Of a stretch of DNA of 64,000 bases, positions 24,363 through 38,405 are shown in pieces. The position numbers were made by a program, and so were the translations under genes. The number at the start of each line of letters is the position of its first letter. Position 1 is the first letter of the stretch. Location: NCBI GenBank assembly GCA_965153355.1, contig OZ231126.1, forward strand, positions 6,696,001-6,760,000, written 5' to 3'. The stretch comes from Flaccisagitta enflata (lineage: Eukaryota). The notes under the pieces were generated by a model. The model was not told the origin of the DNA, made no database searches, and saw only the letters and a list, made by a program, of their open reading frames with translations.

Positions 24363-25039
24363 CACACTGGCCCTAATTGGCCACCTATCAAGCTCCTAGG
24401 CCTATCTCAACTATATCCACCCATAACCACCACCTTCCACCCTCACACTGGCCCTAATTGGCCACCTATCAAGCTCCTAGGCCTATCTCAACTATATCCA
24501 CCCATAACCACCACCTTCCACCCTCACACTGGCCCTAATTGGCCACCTATCAAGCTCCTAGGCCTATCTCAACTATATCCACCCATAACCACCACCTTCC
24601 ACCCTCACACTGGCCCACTGGCCACCTATCAAGCTCCTAGGCCTATCTCAACTATATCCACCCATAACCACCACCTTCCACCTCACACTGGCCCTGGCTA
24701 TCAAGCTCCTAGGCCTATCTCAACTATATCCACCCATAACCACCACCTTCCACCCTCACACTGGCCCTAATTGGCCACCTATCAAGCTCCTAGGCCTATC
24801 TCAACTATATCCACCCATAACCACCACCTTCCACCCTCACACTGGCCCTAATTGGCCACCTATCAAGCTCCTAGGCCTATCTCAACTATATCCACCCATA
24901 ACCACCACCTTCCACCCTCACACTGGCCCTAATTGGCCACCTATCAAGCTCCTAGGCCTATCTCAACTATATCCACCCATAACCACCACCTTCCACCCTC
25001 ACACTGGCCCTAATTGGCCACCTATCAAGCTCCTAGGCC
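24363..25039 (+). repeat. 81-bp tandem array (~8.4 units)
   Basis: Near-identical CACACTGGCCCTAATTGGCC...CCACCCT units. Confidence 0.95.
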
Positions 25040-25114
25040 CGTCAATCGTGGCCACCGTCCCTCCCACCTCATATATCTCCAGCGATTTTGACCCTATGGC
25101 TATGGCGCAAAAAT

Positions 25115-26545
25115 CTTATCTGCTGTTGTTATTTCTAGGTTGCCATGGCTCGCCATGCGGCTATCACACCCTTGTAAATCATACTTAAGATATGTCTTAG
25201 CCAGAATGACTGAATGCCGCGAATATACGAGCAAATATTGCTTTGATAGGTACCGGATGTTGAAAAATTAGCATATTTTTTACTCTATTTTTCATAGAAA
25301 AAGTTGATTTTCTACAAGACTACTCGCTAAATATCTTTGAAATTTTTTTCAGATATACTACTAATAATTATCTATCAAGTGCCGTCAAGCTGGAATTTGT
25401 GTCTTAATTCGTATAAGCGCAAGAATTATGCAAAAATTTGAAAAAAAAAAAACATTGTTGCCATTTAAAGCAAATTTGACTCCATGATACAAAAACTACA
25501 TCTTCTGTGGTTGTTTCTGGGTCGCCATGGCTCGCCTCGAGGCTATAGGACCCTTTTACATCATACTTGGGATATGTCCTGGCCAGAATGACTGAATCCC
25601 GCGAATACCAGCGAATATTGCTTTGATAGGTACAGGTTGTTGAAAAATCAGCATATTTTTTACTCTATTTTTGGAAGAAGAAGTTGATTTTCTACAAAAC
25701 TACTTGCTAAAAATCTTTGAAATTTTTATCAGATATACTTCAAATAATTATATATCAAATGCCGCCAAGCTGGAATTTGTGTCTTTATTCGTTTAGGCGC
25801 AAGAATTTTGCAAAAATTAAAAAAAAACATTATTGCCATTTAAAGCAAATTTTACCCCATGATACAAAAACTACAACTTCTGTGGTTGTTTTTGGGTCGC
25901 CATGGCTCGGCATGCGGCTATAAGACCCTAATACATCATACTTGAGATATGTCTTGGCCAGAATGACTGAATCCCGCGAATACCAGCGAAATTTGCTTTG
26001 ATAGGTACAGGTTGTTGAAAAATAAGCATATTTTTTACATTTTTTTTCAAAGAAGAAGTTGATTTTCTACAAAACTACTCGCTAAAAATCTTTGAAATTT
26101 TTATCAGATATACTTCAAATAATTATCTATCAAACGCCGCCAAGCTGGAATTTGTGTCTTTATTCGTTTAGGCGCAAGAATTTTGCAAAAATAAAAAAAA
26201 ACATTATTGCCATTTAAAGCAAATTTTACCCCATGATACAAAAACTACAACTTTTGTGGTTGTTTTTGGGTCGCCATGGCTCGCCATGCGGCTATAGGAC
26301 CCTAATACATCATACTTGAGATATGTCTTGGCCAGAATGACTGAATCCCGCGAATACCAGCGAATATTGCTTTGATAGGTACAGGTTGTTGAAAAATCAG
26401 CATATTTTTTACTCCATTTTTCGAAGAAGAAGTTGATTTTCTAAAAAACTACTTGCTAAAAATCTTTGAAATTTCTATCAGATATACTTCAAATAATTAT
26501 CTATCAAATGCCGCCAAGCTGGAATTTGTGTCTTTATTCGTTTAG
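25115..26545 (+). repeat. ~375-bp tandem array (~4 units)
   Basis: CAAGCTGGAATTTGTGTCT recurs at ~25386, 25766, 26141 and 26515. Confidence 0.92.
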
Positions 26546-27293
26546 CCTGAGCAATTTAATGAAGATTTAAATATTTCGTCCATTCTGTGTTTAAAATATA
26601 CCCCGACTTGAGAGTACATTATCAGCCATTCTGAGTCATTTACGGCCACCAGGCCCAATTTATGGCTTGAATTGCTCATAAAACCATATAAATAAGTAAC
26701 TGAAACCATAATATTCAAAAAATAGGTGGTCACGTATTGGGTCCAAATGCTTGATGCTGAGCCATTGTGATGAGGTAGCCGTGTATCCGGCCTTGTTTTT
26801 TTCAAAAGCGGGCCTTTTTTTTCTCATAGAGATTTTGATTTTCTTCTTTCTTTTTTTCCCCTTCTTTTCTGTCACTTTTCCGCCGTAATCTCGCAACACA
26901 AAAGTCCTGAGAAGTCGCTTCCCATCACGTTTTTTTTTCGCTTCCCATCACTTTTTTGCGCCTCCGTTGCCTCAAGGGAAATACGCTACAAACTTCTTCA
27001 ATTCTTCGGAAAAAAAAAAGAAAAAGAAAAACTGAGGAAGAATTAGACCAAAAAAAGAAAAAAAGGAACAAAAGGAGAAAATATGAAAAAAAAAATGAGA
27101 CCAACTGAAGGAAGGAAAAATGACAAAAAGACAAAGAAAGAAAAACAGCAAATATGTAATAGAGAAAAGATGGAAAACAAACAGAACATGAAGAGGCGAT
27201 GGAAGGACGAGGAGGGAGGGCAAAAAGCTGGTGGATAACGGGTTTTGCTAACCAAAGATTGTTGCAGGTTTTCCTCAGTTAGAAATCCAAGGG

Positions 27294-27484
<191 letters not shown>

Positions 27485-27742
27485 CTGAAGTGGAACTTAA
27501 AAAAGGGACTGAAGGAAAGATAAACAAAGGGCAATAAGACAAATGGGCAAAGAAAAGACAATGTAAAGAATGATAAAGTGAACAGTAATAGGCAAATGAA
27601 TGTTAATTTTTTGAAAATTCTGATGAGTGGTATGCTCTCAACGGTGTTTAATTAAGAGTTACACCTCAACTACAGTATGGCAAACAGATATGCAATGGTC
27701 AGTCGAAAAAGTGGGCATTCACATCTAGCTCACTTTCAGAGG

Positions 27743-28966
27743 GGCGACACAGTCCATCAAATCCCACCCTGATGGGAAAAAAACACCTAACGCCACTTTA
27801 TCCCACTCCACCCACCTACACAGTCCATCAAATCCCACCCTGATGGGAAAAAAACACCTAACGCCACTTTATCCCACTCCACCCACCTACACAGTCCATC
27901 AAATTCCACCCTGATGGGAAAAAAACACCTAACGCCACTTTATCCCACTCCACCCACCTACACAGTCCATCAAATCCCACCCTGATGGGAAAAAAACACC
28001 TAACGCCACTTTATCCCACTCCACCCACCTACACAGTCCATCAAATCCCACCCTGATGGGAAAAAAACACCTAACGCCACTTTATCCCACTCCACCCACC
28101 TACACAGTCCATCAAATCCCACCCTGATGGGAAAAAAACACCTAACGCCACTTTATCCCACTCCACCCACCTACACAGTCCATCAAATCCCACCCTGATG
28201 GGAAAAAAACACCTAACGCCACTTTATCCCACTCCACCCACCTACACAGTCCATCAAATCCCACCCTGATGGGAAAAAAACACCTAACGCCACTTTATCC
28301 CACTCCACCCACCTACACAGTCCATCAAATCCCACCCTGATGGGAAAAAAACACCTAACGCCACTTTATCCCACTCCACCCACCTACACAGTCCATCAAA
28401 TCCCACCCTGATGGGAAAAAAACACCTAACGCCACTTTATCCCACTCCACCCACCTACACAGTCCATCAAATCCCACCCTGATGGGAAAACACCTAACGC
28501 CACTTTATCCCACTCACCCACCCACACAGTTCATCAATCCACCCTGATGGAAAAAACACCTAACGCCACTTTATCCCCCACTCACCTACACAGTCCATCA
28601 AATCCCACCCTGATGGGAAAAAAACACCTAACGCCACTTTATCCCACTCCACCCACCTACACAGTCCATCAAATCCCACCCTGATGGGAAAAAAACACCT
28701 AACGCCACTTTATCCCACTCCACCCACCTACACAGTCCATCAAATCCCACCCTGATGGGAAAAAAACACCTAACGCCACTTTATCCCACTCCACCCACCT
28801 ACACAGTCCATCAAATCTCCCTAAGCTTGTCCTTGTTCACCTCCTCCCCACCCACCACCAGGTTTTGTTTTCAATATTTTTTTTCTCCTTAACCTCATAA
28901 CTTATCTCTAATTCTATCACCAAAGAAGTATTTATCTTAAAAAAAGTAACTATGAACTATGTCGCC
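27743..28966. mobile_element. Merlin-like non-autonomous element with a 71-bp array
   Basis: TIR GGCGACACAGTCCAT versus the reverse complement of the right end GGCGACATAGTTCAT (13/15); flanks TTTCAGAGG / ATACAGATC match only partly. Confidence 0.55.
27747..28817 (+). repeat. 71-bp tandem array (~15 units)
   Basis: Unit starts at 27747, 27818, 27889, 27960 and onward; nearly identical units. Confidence 0.97.
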
Positions 28967-29076
28967 ATACAGATCGATTCAAAAATTTCTTATATTTGTA
29001 TCTTTTAAATAAGTCACCATCATGTTATAAAAAGAGAAAAATTTTTGTCATCCAAAACAAATGTATGCAATATGTT

Positions 29077-29325
29077 AATAGTCGCAAAAGCGCTAGATGG
29101 TCAGCGGTACCCGTGCCCTGCTAATTAGTTTTGCTTGAAGTTGAAGGGGAACCAGGGCAGCGGCCCGGAAGGGGCCGATGACTGATGCTTTCACACATAT
29201 GTAGAATTTTATCCTTCTCCTCCTCCTCCTACTTCCCTCCACCCTCAAATGAGATTTGGGCCTCAAGGCTGGGATCTGGGCCTTAGGCTAGAATTTGGGC
29301 CTTGAGTCTAGGATTTGGGTCCCAC
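29077..29325 (-). mobile_element. HINE family B, 3' portion
   Basis: AATAGTCGCAAAAGCGCTAGATGGTCAGCGGTACCCG followed by the subTIR. Confidence 0.75.
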
Positions 29326-29447
29326 AATAATTAGCGATCCCACACTAGCAAGATCCACACTATCGAGATCATACTAGCCAGGCCCATACAAGCGCAACCC
29401 ATAGACTAGCCATGGCAACAATTAGCGACTGTTCTTCATTACTGTAA

Positions 29448-29609
29448 AACGAGGCCGGATACACGGCAATCCAGTCGCGGATGGTTGGGCAGGAGCAGTT
29501 TTGCAAAAATTGGTTAGAATTCAGAAATGTGATGGACGGACCGACGGAGGACTGATGGACGGACCGATTGACAATTCAAGGTGTAGAGTCACATGTCCAA
29601 GACTAAAAA
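29448..29609 (-). mobile_element. HINE (A/D-like)
   Basis: AACGAGGCCGGATACACGGC ... AGAGTCACATGTCCAAGACTAAAAA. Confidence 0.7.
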
Positions 29610-29649
29610 CAAGTACGAGTTGAGATATTGATGGTAATCATGTTAGTAT

Positions 29650-29802
29650 GGGCCTGAGAGGACTGATGATGGGCCTGAGAGGGCTGATTTGGGGCCGGAG
29701 AGGTGCCTCCGGGGGAGCGATGGACGGATGGACAGACGGACAACTGGAAATTCACCCATGTGACCTACATGACATTGGCCTTTTGGGGCCGCTGCCCAAA
29801 AA
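29650..29802 (-). mobile_element. HINE family B variant, 5' portion
   Basis: Ends GGGGCCGCTGCCCAAAAA. Confidence 0.65.
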
Positions 29803-29899
29803 GTGCACTAGGACATAACAATACACTGAATAGCTGTTGCATGTGAGAAAGTCGTTGAGAATTTGAAAATATGCCAATACAAGACATCTCTTATCTGAG

Positions 29900-30850
29900 A
29901 CAATAAAAGGACAACTCTAAGGCAGCTTTAGGACAAATCAAGAAACATTCATTACCCTTGACAACCTATGGACAACTTTGGGACAACTCTAAGACAATGG
30001 GAAGACAACTTTAGGACAACTTTAGGACAATTCGGGAACAGCTTTTGGACAACTTCAGGACAACTTTCAGACAACTCAAACAAATCTTTAGGACAACTCT
30101 AGGACAGCTCTGAAATGACTCAAAGACGATTCTAGAACAACTCATCTGAAAAAATGAACCACACTCTTTTAATTGTTTCATTTACTATTGATTAATTTCT
30201 TTTCCTGCTTTGGCTGGTCAAAATACTTGTCTGAATGGGTTATCCATTAAGGATTCCAGTAGAATATTTTTTTCTCTTCTCAGCCCAAGAAGTGACAGAC
30301 TTTTCCAGTTTTCAATCAAGAAAAAAATGAACTTGAAAAAAAATTTGAATCTAGCTAAGACTAAGACAATATAAGCTTCACCTACGCAACAAGTGTTCTG
30401 AGAATTCTCCTATGCTACGATGACTAGAAAAAACTCTGGGACAACTTTAGGAAAATTCTAGGACAACTTAGGGACAACTCGAGGATATCTCTAGGACAAT
30501 TCTTTGTTAACTCTAAAACAACTCCCAGGCTACTCCAATATTTGTAGGATCACACTAAGACAACTCTGAGACAAGTAGGACAAGTAGGACAATTCTTGGA
30601 CAATTCTAGGACAATTCTAGGACAACTCTAAAACAACATAAAGACACTTCTAGGACAATTCCAGGACCACTAAAGTATAATATGGACAACTGTAGGATAA
30701 CTGAAAGACAACTCCAGGGCAAAAGGGATAACTTCAAGACAACTCAAGGACAACTCAAGGACAAATTAAGGACAAATTAAGGACAACTCAAAAACCACTG
30801 AAGGACAACTCATGGACAACTCACAAACAACTCACGGACAAGTCAAGGAC
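29900..30850. repeat. Degenerate ~12-bp minisatellite (TAGGACAACT core)
   Basis: Recurrent GGACAAC/GACAACTC units. Confidence 0.75.
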
Positions 30851-31325
30851 ATACAAAACCTTACAAAAAAAAGAAAACAACAAATCTCCCATAGGCTAAT
30901 TTGTATGATTGAGTAATCAGAAATCAGGATCGTTCTCAGCTCTAACTCAAAACCGCAATCGCGCGCATTACGCACAGCTCTGTGGGTTGAGAATGGAGGA
31001 TTCCAACCCACCGAAACCAGGCAAATCAGTGAAACCTAGGCGAACGGTTAACTTATGTGAAATCCTATATTTATAATGTATTTTTAATGTATTTGTAGTA
31101 ATATTTTCAAGGCATTGATGATTTCGAATCGATTTTTTTTGCAGAAATGAACCATTTGGGGTTAGTAGAAGTGAAAAATCAAACAACTACACTAGGTTGA
31201 AAAAAGTCACATTCTATATTTATTTCCCATCATGGCGGATTGTGGGCGAGGGCGGGAGTCACGGGGGAGGGGCTAAGGTAAGGGTGTAACAAGAATGATA
31301 CCGATAATTCGCAATCTGGAATCCA

Positions 31326-31548
31326 TTTTTAGTCGCATGCTACGCGACTCTACACCCGCTTTGTCCGTCCGTCCGTCGGTCGGTCGGTCGGTTGGCCGGT
31401 CGGTCAGTTGGTCGGTCCCCATTTTACTTTTTTTATTCGTTTTACTTTTTTGACCTCACCGCTCCTGCCCAAATGGTCTAGTGACCTCAAATACGGCCCC
31501 TGCCCACCCGCACGCGACTTCGGCAGCCGTGTATCCGGCCTTGTTTTT
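31326..31548 (+). mobile_element. HINE family A (intact)
   Basis: Complete 5' hairpin, microsatellite, 3' subTIR, hairpin and CTTGTTTTT end. Confidence 0.9.
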
Positions 31549-31579
31549 AGCTCTGAGAAAGAATATAGAGAAAGATTAG

Positions 31580-32425
<846 letters not shown>

Positions 32426-32515
32426 AAGGGATATCGATAGACAGTCAGACTTACCGAATATGAGGGAGAACAAATAAAAGAAAAAGAGAAAGAAGGAAGG
32501 AAAGAAAGACAGTAA

Positions 32516-32549
<34 letters not shown>

Positions 32550-33453
32550 GGGAGTAAAAGAAAGAAGGAGAAAAAAACAAAACAAAGAAACAAAGCAAGA
32601 GAAAGGCAAAGCAAGGAAAGAAAGGTAGAGTAAGTCAAACAAACTCAACAGCGCAACAGTCGCGTGCTCTGTTTTACCTCTACACTCATAATGTTTATGA
32701 CACATTACTACCAAACTACGTATTTACATCATCACATAACTGCATAATCATCTATTTGTTATTCAAAATGACTTAAAATGACAAAACAGGCTGTGATTAA
32801 AAAATTGTATGTACTGACAACTGACAACAGGACCGGACGGACCAACCAACCATCCAACTGACCAACCGACCAACTGACGGATTGACAGACCGACCTCATA
32901 CATAAGTTCGTACACGCGACAAAAAAGGTGAACTTTCGATTAGTGAGACTTTTGATGAAAGAAACAAAGAAACATGGGGCTAATGTAATGTGAAATAGAC
33001 ACATACGATAAAGAGGCAGCTGTAACGAGGGAGAGGAACAAGAAATAAAACAAGGAGCGTGGGTGTCTATAAATATGTTGCAAATATGTTAACATGGGCT
33101 GGGTGGCGGGTAAAATAGTAAATTGGGCAAAAATTGATTTTGCTTCATTTTCATGCTTTTTTAAGCATTTTTCAGCATTTTTTCTTCTTTTCTTATCATC
33201 ATAATCATCGTTTACGAGGTTATGCCTCGTTCGTCTGTCTGCTTTTTTTTTTTTTACTTTTCTTTTCAAAGTGTTGCCTCTGGAGATAGCCTCGTCATTT
33301 CAGAGGCTCTTTGGCTTTCTTCCTCATTGCTTTTTCTTGATGCCTTTTTGTTTCTTGACTCCGGGCAAATGAAGGAAAATGGCAGCAAAATCCTCTTTCA
33401 TACCCTCCATTCCCTGACTCGCTCTTACTCTGTCTATCCGACTCAGTCTCTTA

Positions 33454-34026
<573 letters not shown>

Positions 34027-34519
34027 AATTCATAAAAAACAACAAAAAACAAACACTCTTAGTTGTAAGCCTATGGACTGAACTGATAGAAAGCCAAGAT
34101 ATGCAGCACCCGTGGTCAATCTTTTTTTTCTTTCATCTTCAGGATATAGATATGGGGAGGGGTGGAGGCGGGGATGACTCAGAAAGAGATCAGACAAGTG
34201 TACAGTATGATTTTTTTGGAATGCAACATAAGAAACCTATATATTTCCGCTCCTGAGCATCGTAGCAAGATGCAGATTGCACCATTGGATAGAGCACGAA
34301 AAACTACTTTATCTATGTTTTTTCTGACATCATAATGCATCATGACATATGTCTTCCACAATGCCAGTTAAAAACGTTGACATCTCTAACATTAAGAAAT
34401 TGGCTGTCTGATTCTCCCTCCAAAAACAATGAGGAGCTTCAGTTCATCAAATAATTAGCAATCAAGGGGCTTCCGTGTGATTTTCTGGACAGACTTCAGA
34501 AAATATTTGTGTCATAATT

Positions 34520-34648
34520 AGGGATGTGGAAGCGGTCGATTTTCATGCCGCTTCCACCGCTTCCGCTTCCGCTTCCGCTTCCATTTTACAGTACAAATAC
34601 TAGTAGCTATCCCATCCTCCAAATTGGAAGCGGTCAATTGCTTCCACA
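34520..34648. mobile_element. Small hAT-like MITE
   Basis: GATGTGGAAGC / GCTTCCACATC inverted ends; TCATAATT at 34512-34519 and 34649-34656. Confidence 0.65.
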
Positions 34649-34894
34649 TCATAATTCAGTTGGCCTCATGATCACCAATTTTTTGATCAACTGATCATCC
34701 TCATCTTTTTTAGAAGGAGAATCAGACAGCCAATTTCGAGATGTTAAAGATGTCAATGTTTTTATTGGTTTGATGGTAGAGATACGTCATATTACATCAT
34801 GATATCAGAAAAAACATAGAAAAAATAGTTTTACGTGCTCTATGCAATGGTGCAATCCCCATCTTGCTACGATGCTCAGGAGCGGAAATATATA

Positions 34895-35891
34895 CACTGT
34901 GAACCATAAAAAAGGTTACAGCTGTTCTCAAAGATATTTCTGGTTAAATAAAATGATTTAGCAATATTTTTTTGTGAGAAATGGAAAGAGTGTCATCAAA
35001 TAAGGCAAATGTCATACATCCCATGAGTTTTCATCAATTATTTTAGATTTCATGATAAAAAGAAAATAATAGTTCCAGGATCTGTGTCTGAGCTGTAAAT
35101 TCTTAAAGAAATATAAATAAGGGACCTTTTATATTTGATTTTTGTCATTTACACTGCAAGAAATCAATTGAAATCATAGATCATTTGAAAGATATTTAAA
35201 ACAGCTTTCATTTGCCGCCAATCTCGCATTTCTAGCTCAATTTGTTCAGACGCAGTAAATAAAAGACTGAAGAGTATTCATTTTCAAGTTTGAAAAGGTG
35301 CTTCACCAAAATGTACCCCTTCAACTTCAAACCAATGTCATTTCCAAACCAGTAAAGCTAGGAGGCTGAGATTGGTCTAGAATGAAAGATCTTTCGAAGA
35401 TCTTTTAAACGGTCACTGATTTTGTTTAGTTTTTACATTCAAACATGGATATTTTAAGAGGAAAAAAAAGATCAATAATTTTTCAAATTTAAGTGATCAA
35501 AAAATTTTTTCTTTTGTCATTCATAACGGGTTTAAATCAAGTAAAAACCTATCAAAATCAATGACATTGAGAAAGCCCTTCAAAAAATCTGTCATTTGAG
35601 CCGTTTCTTGAGTTACTAGCTCGATTGGTTTACAAATTACAGTAGTTTTTGTAAAATTTGTCCTTTAAAAACTATAACAGAAAATCTGTTGTTTTCCCAT
35701 GTAGATTTTGATACATTTGTCTTCATTTTAACATAAAATCCAAACTAATTGATCAAATTCGATGAGACAGGTGGCAAATTGTTCATTTTTTGAAGCTCTT
35801 TAAAATGCTCATGAATAACAATAAGATTGGTTGAATTTAAACAATGCAAAAACTATACTGAAAGTTGTAACTTTTTTTATGAGTCGCACTG
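34895..35891. mobile_element. Tc1/mariner-type non-autonomous element inserted in the right arm of the outer MITE
   Basis: Imperfect ~26-bp TIRs and TA duplication; the host arm resumes exactly after it. Confidence 0.85.
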
Positions 35892-36205
35892 TAGGTTTCT
35901 TATGTTGCATTCCAAAAAAATCATACTGTAGTTGAACCTCGCATTACAGGTTGTTATGGGACAAATGAATTTCATCTATTACAGGTAGATTTCCATTGTT
36001 GCTTATATAGTAATTAAAAGAAAATAACATGAAGGAACAACAAATTATATCCTTTAAAGGCGGATTTCCATTACTCCGTTTGTATGTCAAGGAATGGCGT
36101 ATTTCCGTTATTGCCAATATGAAAAATTTGAAGAAATGACATGGAGGGACTAAGATTACATGCCATAGGCGGATTTCCATTACCACTGCGACGACCGCTA
36201 ACCTG

Positions 36206-36633
36206 TTCTTCTTCTTCTTCTTCTTCTTCTTCTTCTTCTTCTTCTTCTTCTTCTTCTTCTTCTTCTTCCTTTTCTTCTTCTTCTTCTTCTTCTTCTTCTT
36301 CTTCTTCTTCTTCTTCTTCTTCTTCTTCTTCTTCTTCTTCTTCTTCTTCTTCTTCTTCTTCTTCTTCTTCTTCTTCTTCTTCTTCTTCTTCTTCTTCTTC
36401 TTCTTCTTCTTCTTCTTCTTCTTCTTCTTCTTCTTCTTCTTCTTCTTCTTCTTCTTCTTCTTCTTCTTCTTCTTCTTCTCTTTCTTTTTTCTTTCTTCTT
36501 CTCTTCTTCTTCTTCTTCTTCTTTTTTCTTCTTCTTCTTCTTCTTCTTCTTCTTCTTCTTTATCCTTTATTCTTATTATTTCTTCTTATTCTTTTCTTTT
36601 ATTCTTCTTCTTCTTCTTCTTCTTCTTCTTCTT

Positions 36634-36663
<30 letters not shown>
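36206..36663. repeat. (TTC)n microsatellite
   Basis: Direct reading. Confidence 0.98.
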
Positions 36664-36664
<1 letters not shown>

Positions 36665-36720
36665 GTTTCAACTCGTTTATCATTTCGATTCCTACCGCCG
36701 CTTCATCACTTGTTACTAAA

Positions 36721-37688
36721 AACAAGGCCCACACCTTTAAGTCGCGTGCGGGACATAAATACCTTAGATGACTTAGATTGACTTTAAATAGCTTAAGATG
36801 ACCTAAAATGACTTAAAACAACTTAAAATGACTTAAATGACTAAATTGACCTGACTGACTCACGTGACTTTATATGACTTGATATGACTTAATATGACTT
36901 AGAATGACTTAAAATGACTCAGAATGACTTAGAATGACTTACAATGCCATTTGGGAAGGAACTGTGAGCCCAAAACCTTAAAAACACTGAAAAAGCAAAT
37001 AGTCGCAAAAGCATTAGATCGTCAGCGGTACCCGTGCCCTGCCTAAGTTGGTTGTGGTTAAAGTTGAGGGGGGAGCAGGGCAGCGGCCTCGAAGGGGTCG
37101 ATGACCTATGCTTTCACACATATGGGGGATTTTCTCCTCCTTCTTCTTCTCCTCCTCCGTCCCTCCCCCTCAAATCCCAGTCCCGAGGCCTAAATTCCAG
37201 TCTCGAGGCCCAAATCCCAGTCTTGAGGCCCAAATCCCAGCCTCAAGGCCCAAATTCTAGCCTCAAGGCCTAAATCCTAGCCTGGAGGCTGAGATTTGGG
37301 CCTAAAGGTTGGGATCTAGGCCTCCTGGCTGAGATTTTGACCTTGAGGCTGAGATTTGGGCTTCACGGCTGAAAGCTGGGCCTCCAGGCTAGGATTTAGG
37401 CCTTGAGGCTAGGATTTGAGCCTTGAGGCTGGGATTTGGGCCTCAAGACTGGGATTTGGGCCTCGAGACTGGAATTTGGGCCTCGGGACTGGGATTTGAG
37501 GGGGGTGGACGGAGAAGGAGAAGATGAAGGAAAGCATAGGTCATCGACCCCTTCGGGGCCGCTGCCCAAAAGGGGACCAACCAACCAACCGACCAACCAA
37601 CCGACCAACCAACCGACTAACCAACCGACCAACCAACGGACCGACAAAGCGGGTTGTGGAGTCGCGCAGCACGCGACTAAAAAAAAAG
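36721..37688 (-). mobile_element. HINE subfamily A2 hosting a family B element
   Basis: AACAAGGCCCACACCTTTAAGTCGCGTGCG ... GAGTCGCGCAGCACGCGACTAAAA; internal AATGACTTA repeats. Confidence 0.85.
36997..37571 (-). mobile_element. HINE family B with palindromic interior
   Basis: Tail at 36997-37040, subTIRs at ~37078 and ~37535-37567, and 20-bp repeats in both orientations. Confidence 0.88.
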
Positions 37689-38405
37689 AATAAAAAAAGA
37701 GCTACCATTTCATCGCGTGCACCGGCTCATCCACAGATAGGATAGTGTTATTAGTCTTAAATATTGCACACCCACAGCTCAACACGCAAGAATAGTGCAC
37801 ACCCACAGCTCAGCACGCTGAATTAGTTCACATCCACAGCTCAAAACACTTAAATAGTGTACACCCACAGCTCAACTCAACTTGTCTTATGTTCTCCCAT
37901 CTCATCATCAATCCCTGCACATTCATGAACCCATAACATCCCCATCACCTGCCCCTTCCCCCCCTCCCGCCTTTCCACCTCCTTGCCATCCCCCCTCCCC
38001 TGCCTCGACCCTTCCCCCTCCCTTCCCTACCCACGCACGCCCATGCTTCTTCTAAGTCCTTGGAATAAAATCTCGGAAGAAGAAAGAAACGTTTGGCACG
38101 TTGTTAAAATGGAAATTTTTTTACTTGCAAAGAAGAGAGAAAGAAAGAAAGAAAAAAAAAAGATTGAAGAAAAAAAGAGGTTTCTTTGAAAGAGCCAAGG
38201 TTGTGTGGCCTGGGGTGGCCTGGGGTGGCCTGGGGTTGACTGCCGGGGGTCGAAAGGTTTTTGCGTTTTAGTGACTGATTAATGGAGTGGAAAAAAACTA
38301 AGGAGAGAAGAAGAAGCAAAAAGAAAAGAAAGAAAAGAAAGAAGATGTTAAATGAAGAAAAAGACTTAAGTGGAAAGAAGAAGAAAGAAAGGGGAGAAGA
38401 AAAAC

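Larger units (their letters stand above)
24363..26769. mobile_element. Composite CAC...GTG-ended element (Transib/Chapaev-like termini) with two internal arrays
   Basis: Ends CACACTGGC / GCCATTGTG, flanked by (C)TGAGG and (A)TGAGG; the host HINE is cleanly interrupted. Confidence 0.65.
24203..26797 (+). mobile_element. 5'-truncated HINE family A hosting a 2.4-kb insertion
   Basis: The HINE body runs 24203-24362 and resumes TAGCCGTGTATCCGGCCTTGTT at 26776. Confidence 0.85.
34203..35928. mobile_element. Palindromic Tc1/mariner-type MITE with two nested insertions
   Basis: TA-CAGTATGATTTTTTTGGAATGCAAC... / ...GTTGCATTCCAAAAAAATCATACTG-TA; the inverted arms extend more than 200 bp. Confidence 0.9.

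Noticed and set aside
28480-28595. Two deletion-rich units in the 71-bp array (similar at ~24610-24700)
   Set aside because: Clustered small indels amid perfect units look like long-read consensus error rather than biology.
27747-28817. Hammerhead ribozyme in a satellite unit (CTGATGG...GAAA)
   Set aside because: The core needs CTGANGA plus closing stems, which I did not find in the 71-, 81- or 375-bp units by eye.
33271-33365. Hydrophobic open frame after a T-rich AG
   Set aside because: There is no canonical donor site.
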